Under the pieces are notes generated by a model, which was not told the DNA's origin, did no database searches, and worked only from the letters and a program-made list of their open reading frames with translations. From assembly GCA_951406725.2 (NCBI GenBank), contig OX597822.1, forward strand, positions 67,208,001-67,272,000: a DNA stretch of 64,000 nucleotides, given 5' to 3'. The position numbers and the translations under genes are program-made. Shown in pieces: positions 26,461 through 38,085 of this stretch. Position 1 is the first letter of the stretch, and each line of letters opens with the position of its first letter. The stretch is from Octopus vulgaris. Its lineage: Eukaryota.

Positions 26461-26765
26461 AAATTTCTGTAAAGGAGACTACGGTAGCAGTACCGGGAAT
26501 TAATATTTATCGCCAAGCTAGCACAGCAGTACAGAGAAATAGGACGAATACTGCCGTTGATTACCTCCGAGAGGCCATCGCCTCTAGCTAGCGATGTGAC
26601 ACACAAATCTGTGTCTATTACAACCTTCGGACTGGGGAGGTCATCCGCTTCCCCTTGCTGGTTCAACATCCACAGACCGGTTTCGGGATATTTTCCCCTT
26701 ATGAAAGTGGAGTAACTGAAACCAGCAGGCGTCACTGTTGACTGTCTGTTCGAAAGTTTATTTAT
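26461..26765 (-). mobile_element. Structured ~300-nt repeat with multi-hairpin core and degenerate HHR (retrozyme/PLE-LTR-like)
   Basis: Four hairpins in 26526-26624; minus strand 26668-26712 reads ggg..ccc-GAAA-ccgg-TC-tgtgga, pairing with upstream tccac. Confidence 0.55.
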
Positions 26766-26851
26766 ATATATTCAGTGGAACACATCCACTGATTTTCAAA
26801 AATAGATTTATGATATATATGCGTGTGTGTGTGTGTGTGTGTGTGTGTACA

Positions 26852-27064
26852 CGAGGGGCACTGAAATATTCCTGGCTTCCGGTAAAAGCAAATACAGGAG
26901 TATCACTTAATTATGATCATATTTAATATATGCTCTTCTCAGATTCACACACTTATTGCAGCGGTCCTACAGCTTTTCTAAGCCATGTAAAAGAACTTGG
27001 AATGTTAAGTCTGCAACCAGGTCTTTGCGATTCTCTCAAAGCTAGGAACTTTTCACCCTGCCCG
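26852..27064. mobile_element. Mariner-type MITE, copy 2
   Basis: cgaggggcactgaaatattcctggctt / aagctaggaacttttcaccctgcccg followed by TA. Confidence 0.78.
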
Positions 27065-28141
27065 TATGTTTCCCTTAAATAGCCGCTTTTAAAACGGGAA
27101 TTCATACTGCACAATATCATCCACAAAACAGTGTAAGAAGGCGTTGAAGTGGTGAACGCTAACACACATTTAACGGCAACAGTACGAGGTTAACGCTGAG
27201 CTTCTCGCAAATAACAACAACTGGTACGGCTTAAATTTGTAATTTTAATATGTAGTTACAAAATTTCGACTGAATGTGTATTGTATGTTAATCAGAAGAG
27301 AGCTCTTCTCCAGAAAAGAACAGCGTCACGAAATATTTCTAAATGAACACGTCTAAGATTATTATTAATTAAAATCACTTTAATGAACTACTAATTTTTG
27401 CAGATTACAAACATCTAATAGTCTCCACAAATACAAATATTTCAACCGTGTCATCATACGTTAGCGGCTTAACAAATGAACCACAAAACCTCTTTTCTAA
27501 TTCATTATATTAAATTGTGGCCTTTAGTACTACAATATAATTTGAGATTGAATAATTTATTTGACGTGTTAATATTTGCAAGACTGATGTGTCGCCATTT
27601 TCTAATGTTATTTACATTTTCTTCTTCGCGGGGGACACTCTTTTATGGTATAATTAATTTTTTAATATCTTAATGAAAAATGATTCGTAAATATCCGTAA
27701 ATGCCTGGTATCTTTCAAATTACTTGCGATGTTAGAAATGCCTCTCATACAGTCATACATGCATATACAGGCACGAATTTACATATACACACACAAACAC
27801 TAAAATATACACACGCGAACACAGAACATATGCACATATACACACGAACTTGTACAAGCATATACACATTTCAAATAAAATCGTATGATTTTTTTTCTCA
27901 AATTTATTAATTAAACACTAATAATATAATATTTGTTTTTCAATGATAATTCAAATAAATAATATTTTCCGCTTTATATTTTTGTCTTTGTATACGCGTG
28001 ATTTGATAATGGAACATTTAATAACAACTTATATTAATTAAACATAAATTATTTAGTGGTGATGATACTGATCGTATCGTTCACCAGTAGACAATACTAC
28101 TGCTACTAACAATGAGAGCGGAACAATGTAATTACTACTAA

Positions 28142-28725
28142 AGGGCGGCGAGCTGGCGGAATCGTTAGTACGCCAGGCGAAATGCTTACCGGTATTTCGT
28201 CTGCCGCTATGTTCTGAGTTCATATTCTGCCGAGGTCGGCTTTGCCTTTCATCCTTCCGGGGTCGATAAAATAAGTACCAGTTACGCACTGGGGTCGATA
28301 TAATCGACTCAATCCGTTTGTCTGTCCTTGTTTGTCTCCTCTGTGTGTAGCCCATTGTGGGTAGTAAAGAAATAGGTATTTCGTCTGCCGTTACGTTCTG
28401 AGTTCAAATTCCTCCGAGGTCGACTTTGCCTTTCATCCTTTTAGCGTCGATTAAATAAGTACCCCCTCCGCACTGGCGGTCGATATAATCGACTTAATCC
28501 GTTTGTATATCCTTGTTTATCCTCTCTGTGTGTAGCTGCTTGTGGGTAGTAAAGAAATAGGTATTTTGTCTGTCTTCAAATTCTGAGTTCAAATTCCTCT
28601 GAGGTTGACTTTGCCTTTCATCCTTTCCGGGTCGATAAATTAAGCACCAGTTGCATACCGAGGTCGATCTAATCAACTGGTCACCTTCCCCAAAATTTCG
28701 GGCCTTATGCCTCGAGTTGAAAAGA
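28142..28725 (+). mobile_element. SINE B with three body modules
   Basis: Intact head; imperfect TSD aatgtaattactacta / aatgtaatagctgcta. Confidence 0.92.
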
Positions 28726-28739
28726 ATGTAATAGCTGCT

Positions 28740-29413
28740 AATACTGACAACAACAATAGCAACAACTACCAGCAGCAGTAGCAGCACCACCATCACCACT
28801 AACGCCATCACCATAAGCATCATCAGCGACATCACCATCAACAGTATCATTATCAGCGACATCAACACCACCCCAAGCCGACACCAATACTATCGCCGAC
28901 ACTACCAGCACCAGTACCACCACCACCACCACCACAACTACAATCAACACCCCCTAGCACTATCAACACCACCACCACGACCACTATCACCATCATCACC
29001 ACTTGAAATGCCACCGCCACAACCACCATCCACACCACTACCACCACAACCACCATCCACACCACTACCACCACAACCACCATCCACACCACTGCCACCA
29101 CTATCCACTACCATCACTACCACCACTACCCCTACCACTATCATCATCACCACTACTATAAATACACGGCTACTATCACCTCCACCGCAACCAGTATATC
29201 CACCACCACCACAAAAACAACAAGTACAGCACCAACAAAGATAATAAGAAGAAGAAACATGAATAACGAATTGAGAAAAGAAAAAATGTAGAATGAAAAC
29301 CGTAAATGTTAGAAACGCGTGGAGGGGAAACACTAACTTTGAGCTGAACGAGGGCCATGACTGATATGGAAAATGGAGAAAGAAAAAAAGGACAGATTTT
29401 GTATGAAATAAAT

Positions 29414-29465
<52 letters not shown>

Positions 29466-29543
29466 AGCCACTGCTGCTGCTGTCTCTTCTACACCTGCTA
29501 GTTTTCCTGCTGCTGCTACTATTACTGCTGTTGCTGCTACTGT

Positions 29544-29605
<62 letters not shown>

Positions 29606-29698
29606 TTACTACTATTGCTGCTGTCTCTTCTGCCCTTGCTGGTTTTCCTGTTGCTGCTACTATTACTCCTGTTGCTGCTACTACTACTAACACTAATG

Positions 29699-29730
<32 letters not shown>

Positions 29731-29770
29731 GCTACTTCGGTTGCTCCTGATGATGATGATGATAATGACG
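28740..29770. repeat. (CCA)n/(CTA)n/(CTG)n low-complexity region with 27-bp higher-order units
   Basis: ccaccacaaccaccatccacaccacta about x3 at ~29010-29095; duplicated gctgctgtctcttct block at ~29478 and ~29617. Confidence 0.9.
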
Positions 29771-30121
29771 ATTACTTTTATCAGCTAGAAGTATCCACAT
29801 TTCGTTGACGATACAAAGTCAAATACACCAAGCTGGAGTTTACATTGGGTAAAATAAAGTGAAAAGAGCAACACAGTAAAGGATTCCGACGAGAAAAGTT
29901 ATCAGTAAGAACATTCCAATACGTCAAAAGTTCTTTGTCCCTGTTTCTTCCCATCTACCCCGAAAAGCGTAGGTAGGTTCACTCAGCGTCGACAGTTTCG
30001 CCAGTCTTGCTAGTCTCACCAGTGTCGATAGTTTCGCCACTGAATACACTACAAAACAGCAACTCCCTCTCACCCTTCATTGAAACTTTCATGTGGTACC
30101 TGAATAAGTTGAGAGCATGAC

Positions 30122-30157
<36 letters not shown>

Positions 30158-30395
30158 AAGAGAGAGATAAAGATAAAGAAAGAGAGAGAGGGAAAGAAAA
30201 TGAGAGAGAGAGAGAGAAAGAAAGAGACAGAGTGGGTCCACCGTAAAACTCCTCTCGTTATCTCCACTAGAGACTGATGGATATAACAAGACGAGTATTC
30301 CTGTGATCATTCAATGACCTGTAGCTCACCGTAAATAAACAACGGGTTGACAACACTAAGCAATCTTTCGAGTTAGCATCGCCTTGTCTACTTTA

Positions 30396-30440
30396 TGTGA
30401 CTGAAGAGGAGATAATTACTCCGAAATGCATGCATCGCGC
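30396..30440 (+). ncRNA. Minimal type-I hammerhead motif
   Basis: tgtga-CTGAAGA-ggag-ataatta-ctcc-GAAA-tgcatgca-TC; perfect stem II, palindromic stem III, weak stem I. Confidence 0.6.
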
Positions 30441-30449
30441 TGTTTGGTC

Positions 30450-31450
30450 AGGTAGTATTAGAGGCAAATTCGGTGTATCTACATCCATTTATGAATAGCG
30501 AGATGTCTTGTCTGTGACAAGATACAGTGAATAGTTTCTTACGTGTCTGAATACACCTGAAGCACGTCTGAACTGGTAACAATTTCATCAAATTAAATGT
30601 CATAGATGGAGTGCTGCAAAAAACGAAAATGGTTGGCCAAAAGTAAATTTTATAACAAATGAAACTATTAAAGCTAGTATATGATAAGCCTATTAAAATA
30701 ATATAAGTTAAAAACACAGAATAGAATTTAAGGTTTTAAAAACAAAATAATCAGGGAAACATAAGGAAAGAGGATAACATCAAGTGTAGACAGTGTAGTG
30801 AATGCAAGAAGACAATTGATTAGGTTGTCTTCATTTTCCATGTTCTGTCAATAACCGAATGTATCCAGAGATAGGATCTTGTGAGAAGTTGTATGTCAGC
30901 TCTTCGACATGAAAAACGATAAGTTGCTTAAGCATACACAAAATATAGTGCATGAAAACAAACTGTCCACAATCAATTGGGACATATCTGTCGACACTGG
31001 CCAGTAAAATACATAAAAACCGTCTAGTTATAGTTATCAAGGACAAGAACAATAATCTTTGTTCTTTGATAGACGTATTGATTTTTTCTGAGGAGCAGAG
31101 TAATGGGTTGACTGTCACATTAGAAAGATCTTGATGTTAAGGTATATATAATGGAGAGATGGTGAGTGAAAAGGAATAAGAATAATATTTGAAACATTAG
31201 TTTTAGTAAAAATTGGAAAAAATACCGATCACAAAGAGACCATTGCTACGTGCTCTGCGGGACATTTTTCTGTGAATAACACAGCACTCATAGTTTATTG
31301 AAGCACCATCAAATAGGATAACAGAACACTCGTAAAAATTACTAAACTCATTTAATACCCAAAAAAATAACATAATACATAAGCTTACAGAGCTGATACA
31401 TGCACATACCACAAACGACAGCTAGAACTCAGGGCTAACACAATGGCTAC
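30450..31450 (-). mobile_element. Possible very old LINE RT remnant
   Basis: Only weak RT-like fragments (LLASVD..PID, MKLLPVQTCFRCI). Confidence 0.2.
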
Positions 31451-31909
31451 TGAGGCAATATAAAGCAGCTCACTTGAAGAAAGTAGAAGACCATATGTGG
31501 TCAATCAATAAGCTTGTTCTTCATAACACACACACACACACACACACGCGCTCGAATAATCACACACAGATACTCACACATGCCCAGCGATACGTACGCA
31601 GACACACAATCATACAAACACATACACACGCACACACTGACGAGCACACAATTCTAAGTTTGAAAAGGACAAGTATCTCATGGCTGGTATACATTCGATC
31701 AGAATCCATTGTGTCATCGCTAGACTAAACAACAACAAGTATGGAAACGAGAGCAACAACAAATGTAAGAACAGCAACCACAACAACAGCAAAAACAACT
31801 GTAACTGGTTATATAATTCTACATTTCAGCGCAAAATTTTCACAACCACAATCTTCCAGAATTTAGCAATTTCTTCTACTTTTCCACGGCATACTTTCGA
31901 CAAATGCTA

Positions 31910-31942
31910 TGAAGATGATGATGATGTTAATGATGATGATGT

Positions 31943-32020
<78 letters not shown>

Positions 32021-32492
32021 CAATGACGACGATGATGATAGTATTGGTAGTGATGATGATATGTAAAAGAGGAAGAGAGCTGAGAAGAAAAAGGATGATG
32101 GTGATGACGGCGATGATGACGACGATGAAGACAACGATAATCACGATGACGATGACGGCGGCGGCGATGACGATTATTACGATGATGATGATGATGATGA
32201 TGATGATAATGATGTTAGGGATGATGACGTGGAGGATGTTGTTGCAGATGCTGCTGCTGCTGGTGATGAAAAGAAGAAGAAGAAGAAAAGAAGGAGGTGA
32301 AGAAGGTGAAGGTGAAGGAGGGGGAGAAGAAAAAGAAGAACAAGAAGAAGAAGGTGAAGAAGTTGAAGGTGAAGGAGGAGGAGAAGAAGAAGAAAAAGAA
32401 GAAGAAGAAGAAGAAGAAGAAGAAGAAGAAGAAGAAGAAGAAGAAGAAGAAGAAGAAGAAGAAGAAGAAGAAGAAGAAGAAGAAGAAGAAGA
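31910..32492. repeat. (GAT)n and (GAA)n microsatellites
   Basis: Direct reading; source of the poly-D/M/E ORFs. Confidence 0.96.
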
Positions 32493-33043
32493 GATATGTT
32501 GCGTTGGATTGAACAAGCCACATCCAGTCCATTAAATTCTTAATTTTCTCTTCACAACGCTAGCTTTTATTCGTGGAACATATTAGTTGCAAGACAGACA
32601 CCAAAACACCTAAAATTGCATGCCAGAGAAAATTAGTCAAAATGTGAATTCAGACAAATATAACAATGTTTTCTTTCACGAAGAGCAAATAATAGGATTA
32701 TATCAGCTTAGATTTCTTGTGATAAATTTTAAGATGTTAATCTATATTTGAAAATAAAAACGAATTGCCTGGAACAGTTATTAGTAAAATGCTTGAAAAC
32801 AAAGTGTAAAATAGATCACGTCACTTACGCTAGTTTACATTTCGCGAAATGCTTAGCGTAATCTATGCGAACAACCTACGCACACATTCTGTTATATCGG
32901 AACAGATAATAGGAAGCATTTGAAACCATATCAACACGATACATATATGCATACATACATGCATACAAACACACGTGCATACATACATGTATATATGTAC
33001 ATGTTTATGCATGTATGTATCAATATAAAGCTATATAGAGATA

Positions 33044-33184
33044 TTAGGTTGTCCCAAAAGTTCGTAAACACTTGCGAAAATTGAATTTTTACTCGCCAAG
33101 TACTAACAAAAACAACAAAAATTATTCCTCAAAATAAAGACCATAATTTTCCAAGACTTTCTACGAACTTTTGGGACAACCTTA
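33044..33184. mobile_element. Tiny mariner-derived MITE (MADE-like, ~140 bp)
   Basis: Perfect 21-bp TIR aggttgtcccaaaagttcgta / tacgaacttttgggacaacct, TA on both flanks. Confidence 0.88.
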
Positions 33185-33299
33185 TATTTACACATACACA
33201 CACACATATACATACAAGTTAGCACGTGAGTACTAAACAAGGTGGGAAAATAATATTCGAACACCAAAGTTAGGGTAGTATACATTTATTATAAATATA

Positions 33300-33544
33300 A
33301 ATAAAAAGCCTAGCCAAGTCCATGGGCCCTCTTTCCCGGTCTCTATGGTGTATGCGTTCCCCAGCTGAACACATACAACATAGTCCATCGCAGCACTACT
33401 CATTTTTGCCAGCTGGGTTGACTAGAGCAACGTGAAATGAAGTCTTTTGCTCAAGAACAAAACGCGTCGCCCGGTCCAGGAATCGAAACTACAATCTTAT
33501 GATCATGATGCTGACACCGTAACCACTAAGCCACGTGTCTCCAC
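33300..33544 (-). mobile_element. SINE D head plus tail V2
   Basis: tRNA-like head ending ~33543; TSD atacatttattata (~33280 and ~33545). Confidence 0.85.
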
Positions 33545-33679
33545 ATACATTTATTATAGCTTCAAAATAATCACAAGCCTGTTATTTAGAGTTTATATAT
33601 GAATATTTTTACATGTATGTATATTATATATGTATGTATATGCACACGCACGCACACGCAAACATCATGTATATAAACA

Positions 33680-33840
33680 TAGGGAGAATTCACAAAAATA
33701 CAAAAGACGCAAACAGGTGATGTAGGCAACAAACAGATTTATTAGTATAACACTCGGTAAGTGAAAGCGTCTTTAAACGTTTCGATCCTATGCTCTTCCA
33801 CAGAAAGGTCACTCGGGAGAAGGAGGGTAATAAGATAGTG
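33680..33840 (-). mobile_element. PLE pseudo-LTR-like repeat with degenerate HHR
   Basis: Minus: cttt-CTGTGGA-agagc-ata-ggatc-GAAA-cgt-t-taaag. Confidence 0.55.
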
Positions 33841-34049
33841 GTGATCACAAAATGAAGGTGCGCGTGCGAGTGTATTAGAGAGTTGTTTGTGTTTGTGGAA
33901 GAGGGCTGGTGATTTTGACGTGTGCGTGTGTGTGTACGTATGCGTAGGTGTGAAAATATGGGGCTGGGAAGTGGTCAGTGCTTGTGTGTGCGTGGTGGTG
34001 TGTTGTGATGTGATGCATTGTCTGGTATGGTGGTGTACGGTGTAGTGGT

Positions 34050-34185
34050 GTGCCTTTCATCCTTTCGGGGTCGATAAATTAAGTACCAGATACGCACTGG
34101 GGTCGATGTAATCGACTTGATACCTATGTCTGTCCTTATTTGTCGCCTCTGTGTTTACCCCCTTGTGGGTAATAAAGAAATAGGT
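34050..34185 (+). mobile_element. 5'-truncated SINE B
   Basis: gcctttcatcctttcggggtcgataaattaagtacc...aataaagaaatagg. Confidence 0.9.
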
Positions 34186-34186
34186 A

Positions 34187-34298
<112 letters not shown>

Positions 34299-34424
34299 GC
34301 TACGTGTATATCTATCTATCTAAATATATATATATATATATGTGTGTGTGTGTCTGTGTTTATACAAACATTCACATATGTATACATATATATAATAATA
34401 TAATGTAATATAATATATATGGAT

Positions 34425-34484
<60 letters not shown>

Positions 34485-35084
34485 TTGCTGTTATGTATAT
34501 CTAGATACGAAACTCGTGTCTGTATTAGACTACATTATACATCACTTTATTTTTTTCAGCTTCCTTGTATAATATATATATTTATGATATTAAAGATTCT
34601 GTATTAATACCATTATGTATGATTGATGTTTTCTTAATTTTAGATGCACTCTCGCTAAAGATATATGTTACTTTATATTGTGACTTTGTTATCTTTCTGT
34701 TTTAATTTGATTTCCTTGAAAGAATTTCACCCTTTGTGCATTAGGTTAGTAGATTTTGTCTCTATTTAAAATTTTTTTTTCAGCATTGATAAATGGTAAA
34801 ATTACTATGTATTTGTGTGAAATCTTTCAGTAGATTTAACATTGCTTAAGTTCATTTCAGAAATTTAGTACTCCTCGTCTTCGTTATTTTGAATTATTTC
34901 CGGTGCTTTTAGCTCCTTTACGTTAGTTTTTGAGTATGCGAGTGGGAAAAGAAAATCACAAATTAAATGTAATAACCATAGCAAAAAACAAATGAAATGA
35001 TAAGAACATCGAAGTCTACAGAGCAAACTTTAAAAAGTTACGCCCTAATATTGTTATGTAAATGCTTCTTTTTTTCTTTTTTTT

Positions 35085-35950
35085 TTATTGCCCACAAGGA
35101 GCAAAACATAGAGAGGACAAACAAGGACAGACAAAGGGATTAAGTCGATTACATCGACCCCAGTGCGTAACTGGTACTTAATTTATCGACCCTGAAAGGA
35201 TGAAAAGCAAAGTCGTCCTCGGCGGAATTTGAACTCAGAACGTAACGGCAGACGAAATACCTATTTCTTTACTACCCACAAGGGGCTAAACAGAGAGAGG
35301 ACAAACAAAGATAGACAGACGGATTACGTCGATTATAATCGACCCCGAAAGGATGAAAGTCAAAGTCGACCTCGGCGGAATTTGAACTCGGAACGTAACG
35401 GCAGACGAAATACCGCTAAGCATTTCGCCCGGCGTGCTAACGTTTCTGCCAGCTCGCCGCCCTTCAAGCATATTTATTTCTTTACTACCCACAAGGGGCT
35501 AAACACAGAGAGGACAAACAAGGACAGACAAACGGATTAAGTCGATTATATCGACCCCCAGTGCGTAACTGGTACTTATTTAATCGACCCCGAAAGGATG
35601 AAAAGCAAAGTCGACCTCGAAGGAATTTGAACTCGGAACGTAACGGCAGACGAAATACCGCTAAGCATTTCGCCCGGCGTGCTAACGTTTCTGCCAGCTC
35701 GCCGCCCTTCAAGCATATTTATTTATTTACTACCCACAAGGGGCTAAACACAGAGAGGACAAACAAGGACAGACAAACGGATTAAGTCGATTATATCGAC
35801 CCCCAGTGCGTAACTGGTACTTATTTAATCGACCCCGAAAGGATGAAAAGCAAAGTCGACCTCGAAGGAATTTGAACTCGGAACGTATCGGCAGACGAAA
35901 TACCGCTAGCATTTCGCCCGGCGTGCTAATGTTTCTGCCAGCTCGCCGCC
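35085..35950 (-). mobile_element. Tandem SINE B array (three heads, four bodies)
   Basis: Units 35462-35706 and 35707-35950 are near identical (~245-bp period). Confidence 0.93.
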
Positions 35951-36079
35951 TTTCGAGCATATTAACCAGGGTAACATTACAATGGCAGGAAGATCAACCT
36001 TTTCAACAGAGAAAATGCTTCTGCTGAAAAGGTTGATCTCCAGGTCATTGTAATGTTATCCCGGTTTAGATGCTCGAAA
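35951..36079. repeat. Fold-back inverted repeat with ~60-bp arms
   Basis: tttcgagcat/atgctcgaaa, taacattacaatg/cattgtaatgtta, agatcaaccttttca/tgaaaaggttgatct. Confidence 0.92.
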
Positions 36080-36959
36080 AGTGTTACAATCATAGGTAGA
36101 AATCTATTGGTTTACGCTTGTAAAATTATTATGGGCAGATATTTGCAGACCTAGGGGCGATAGATGATATTCTGTGCTTCAGAGATTATAAGAACACATA
36201 CAAATCACAAAATATTAAATGCAGTGAATGGAGACGGAAAAGTGATATTACTGAAAGGAACCTAAAAGTACACAATATAAACGGTACTACGACTTGCGGA
36301 TTTATGTCATTTTTCGAACTAACTTCAGGAGAGAGTTACTGATGAGCTACACAAAGAAACGAAGTTCTTATATATACAAAGATAAAATAAATGTTTTTGT
36401 AAACGTGATATAACTAAAATCTACTGAACAGTTAGAAATGAACTACAATTAACTATAATATTGTAAGTGAACTGGAAATGTTTTAATTAATCTCTAGATC
36501 TCTAGTAAAAGACTAAGGCAAATGAAAATACCGGAAAACACGAAAATAATAATAATAACAGTATACAACAAAGAGATGGTGAAGCACATTTATTACATTT
36601 CGATAATATTCAACTAAAGTTTATTTTAAAAATAGCATCATGAGATAGGCCAATCACTTGTTCAGTGTATGTCTGGCGAGCGAAAGAGAGAGAGAGAAGA
36701 AGGAATGATTTTAATTACACACAGGGGACGTCGCTTGAAGAGTGCATAGTTTTTGCCGGATTTTATATCCCTCCTTCGATAATATACACCGATAAAAGAT
36801 GTAGATATACCTAAACAAAGTTTCCAGTGTTTGTCAAATCGTGTTTTATTTAGAAAATCTTTGCCAGAGGTGCCGGGCCGCAGAATTGCAACCAAACTAT
36901 ATTTCTATATAATCATGAATTTTTACTGTATATTATTGTTTAGTATGTTTGGTACCGTA

Positions 36960-37818
36960 AGGTGGCGAGCTGGCAGAAACGTTAGCACACCGGGTGAAGT
37001 GCGTAGCCGTATTTCGTCCACCGCTGCATTCTGAGTTCAAATTCCGCCGAGGTCGACTTTACATTTCATCCTTTCGGGGTCGATTAAATAAGTACCAGTT
37101 ACGCACTGGGGTCGATATAATCGATTTAATACGTTTGTCTGTCCTTGTTTGTCCCCTCTTTGTTTAGCCCCTTGTGGGTTGTAAAGAAATATGTATTTCG
37201 TCTGTCGTTACGTTCTGAATTCAAATTCCGCCGAGGTCGACTTTGCCTTTCATCCTTTCGGGGTCGATAAGTAAGTACCAGTTTCGCACCGGGGTCGATA
37301 AGTAAGTACCAGTTTCGCACCGGGGTCGATGTTATCCACTTAATCCCTTTGTCTGTCCTTGTTTGTCCCCTCTATGATTAGGCCCTTGTGGGCAATAAAG
37401 AGATATATTTAGACCCTTGTGGGCAGTAAAGAAATAAGAAACGTTAGCACGCCGGGCGAAATGCTGAGCGGTATTTCGTCTGTCTTTATGTTCTGAGTTA
37501 AAATTCCGCCGAGGTCAACTTTGCTTTTCATCCTTTCGGTGTTGATAAATTAAGTACCATTATTTACATTCGACGGATATTTGTCCACATCTTGTTTGTT
37601 GTTAAGAAAACGTTTCGGCTGATATACCCTCCAGCATTCTGCAGGTGTCTTGGGGAAATTTCTGACGTGGGTTCTCATTCCTAAGGTATTTTTCGATGTT
37701 CTTCTTCTTCTAATTCCTTTTCTCCTTCTTCTTCTTCTTCTTCTTCTTCTTCTTCTTCTTCTTCTTCTTCTTCTTCTTCTTCTTCTTCTTCTTCTTCTTC
37801 CTCTTCATATTATTATTA

Positions 37819-37859
<41 letters not shown>

Positions 37860-38085
37860 GTTAGTGTTCAGGTCACCACTTGGAATCGAACTCGGAATCT
37901 TAGGGTAGTAGCCCGCGCTCTTAACCAATACGTTGCGTGGTGGGTATATCAGCCGAAGCGTTGTGTTAACAACAAACAAGATGAGGACAAATATCTGTCG
38001 AATGTAAATAATGTACATAATTTCTCATCTCTTAAATATAGAACTGGAATTAAATACCAGTTGCGTACTGGGGTAGATTAGAAAA
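36960..38085 (+). mobile_element. Multi-module SINE B carrying a nested insertion
   Basis: Perfect 17-bp TSD agtatgtttggtaccgt at 36942-36958 and 38087-38103. Confidence 0.9.
37560..38046 (-). mobile_element. tRNA-headed, hammerhead-tailed element with inverted terminal arm (candidate PLE-dependent SINE)
   Basis: B box gttcgattcc (37882-37891, minus); HHR fold at 37603-37649; ~75-bp inverted arms; imperfect TSD aattaa(g/a)tacca. Confidence 0.72.

Noticed and set aside
36335-36370. CTGATGA...GAAA hammerhead-like match (similar partial matches at ~1458, 5357, 57494)
   Set aside because: No consistent stems I/II; expected by chance.
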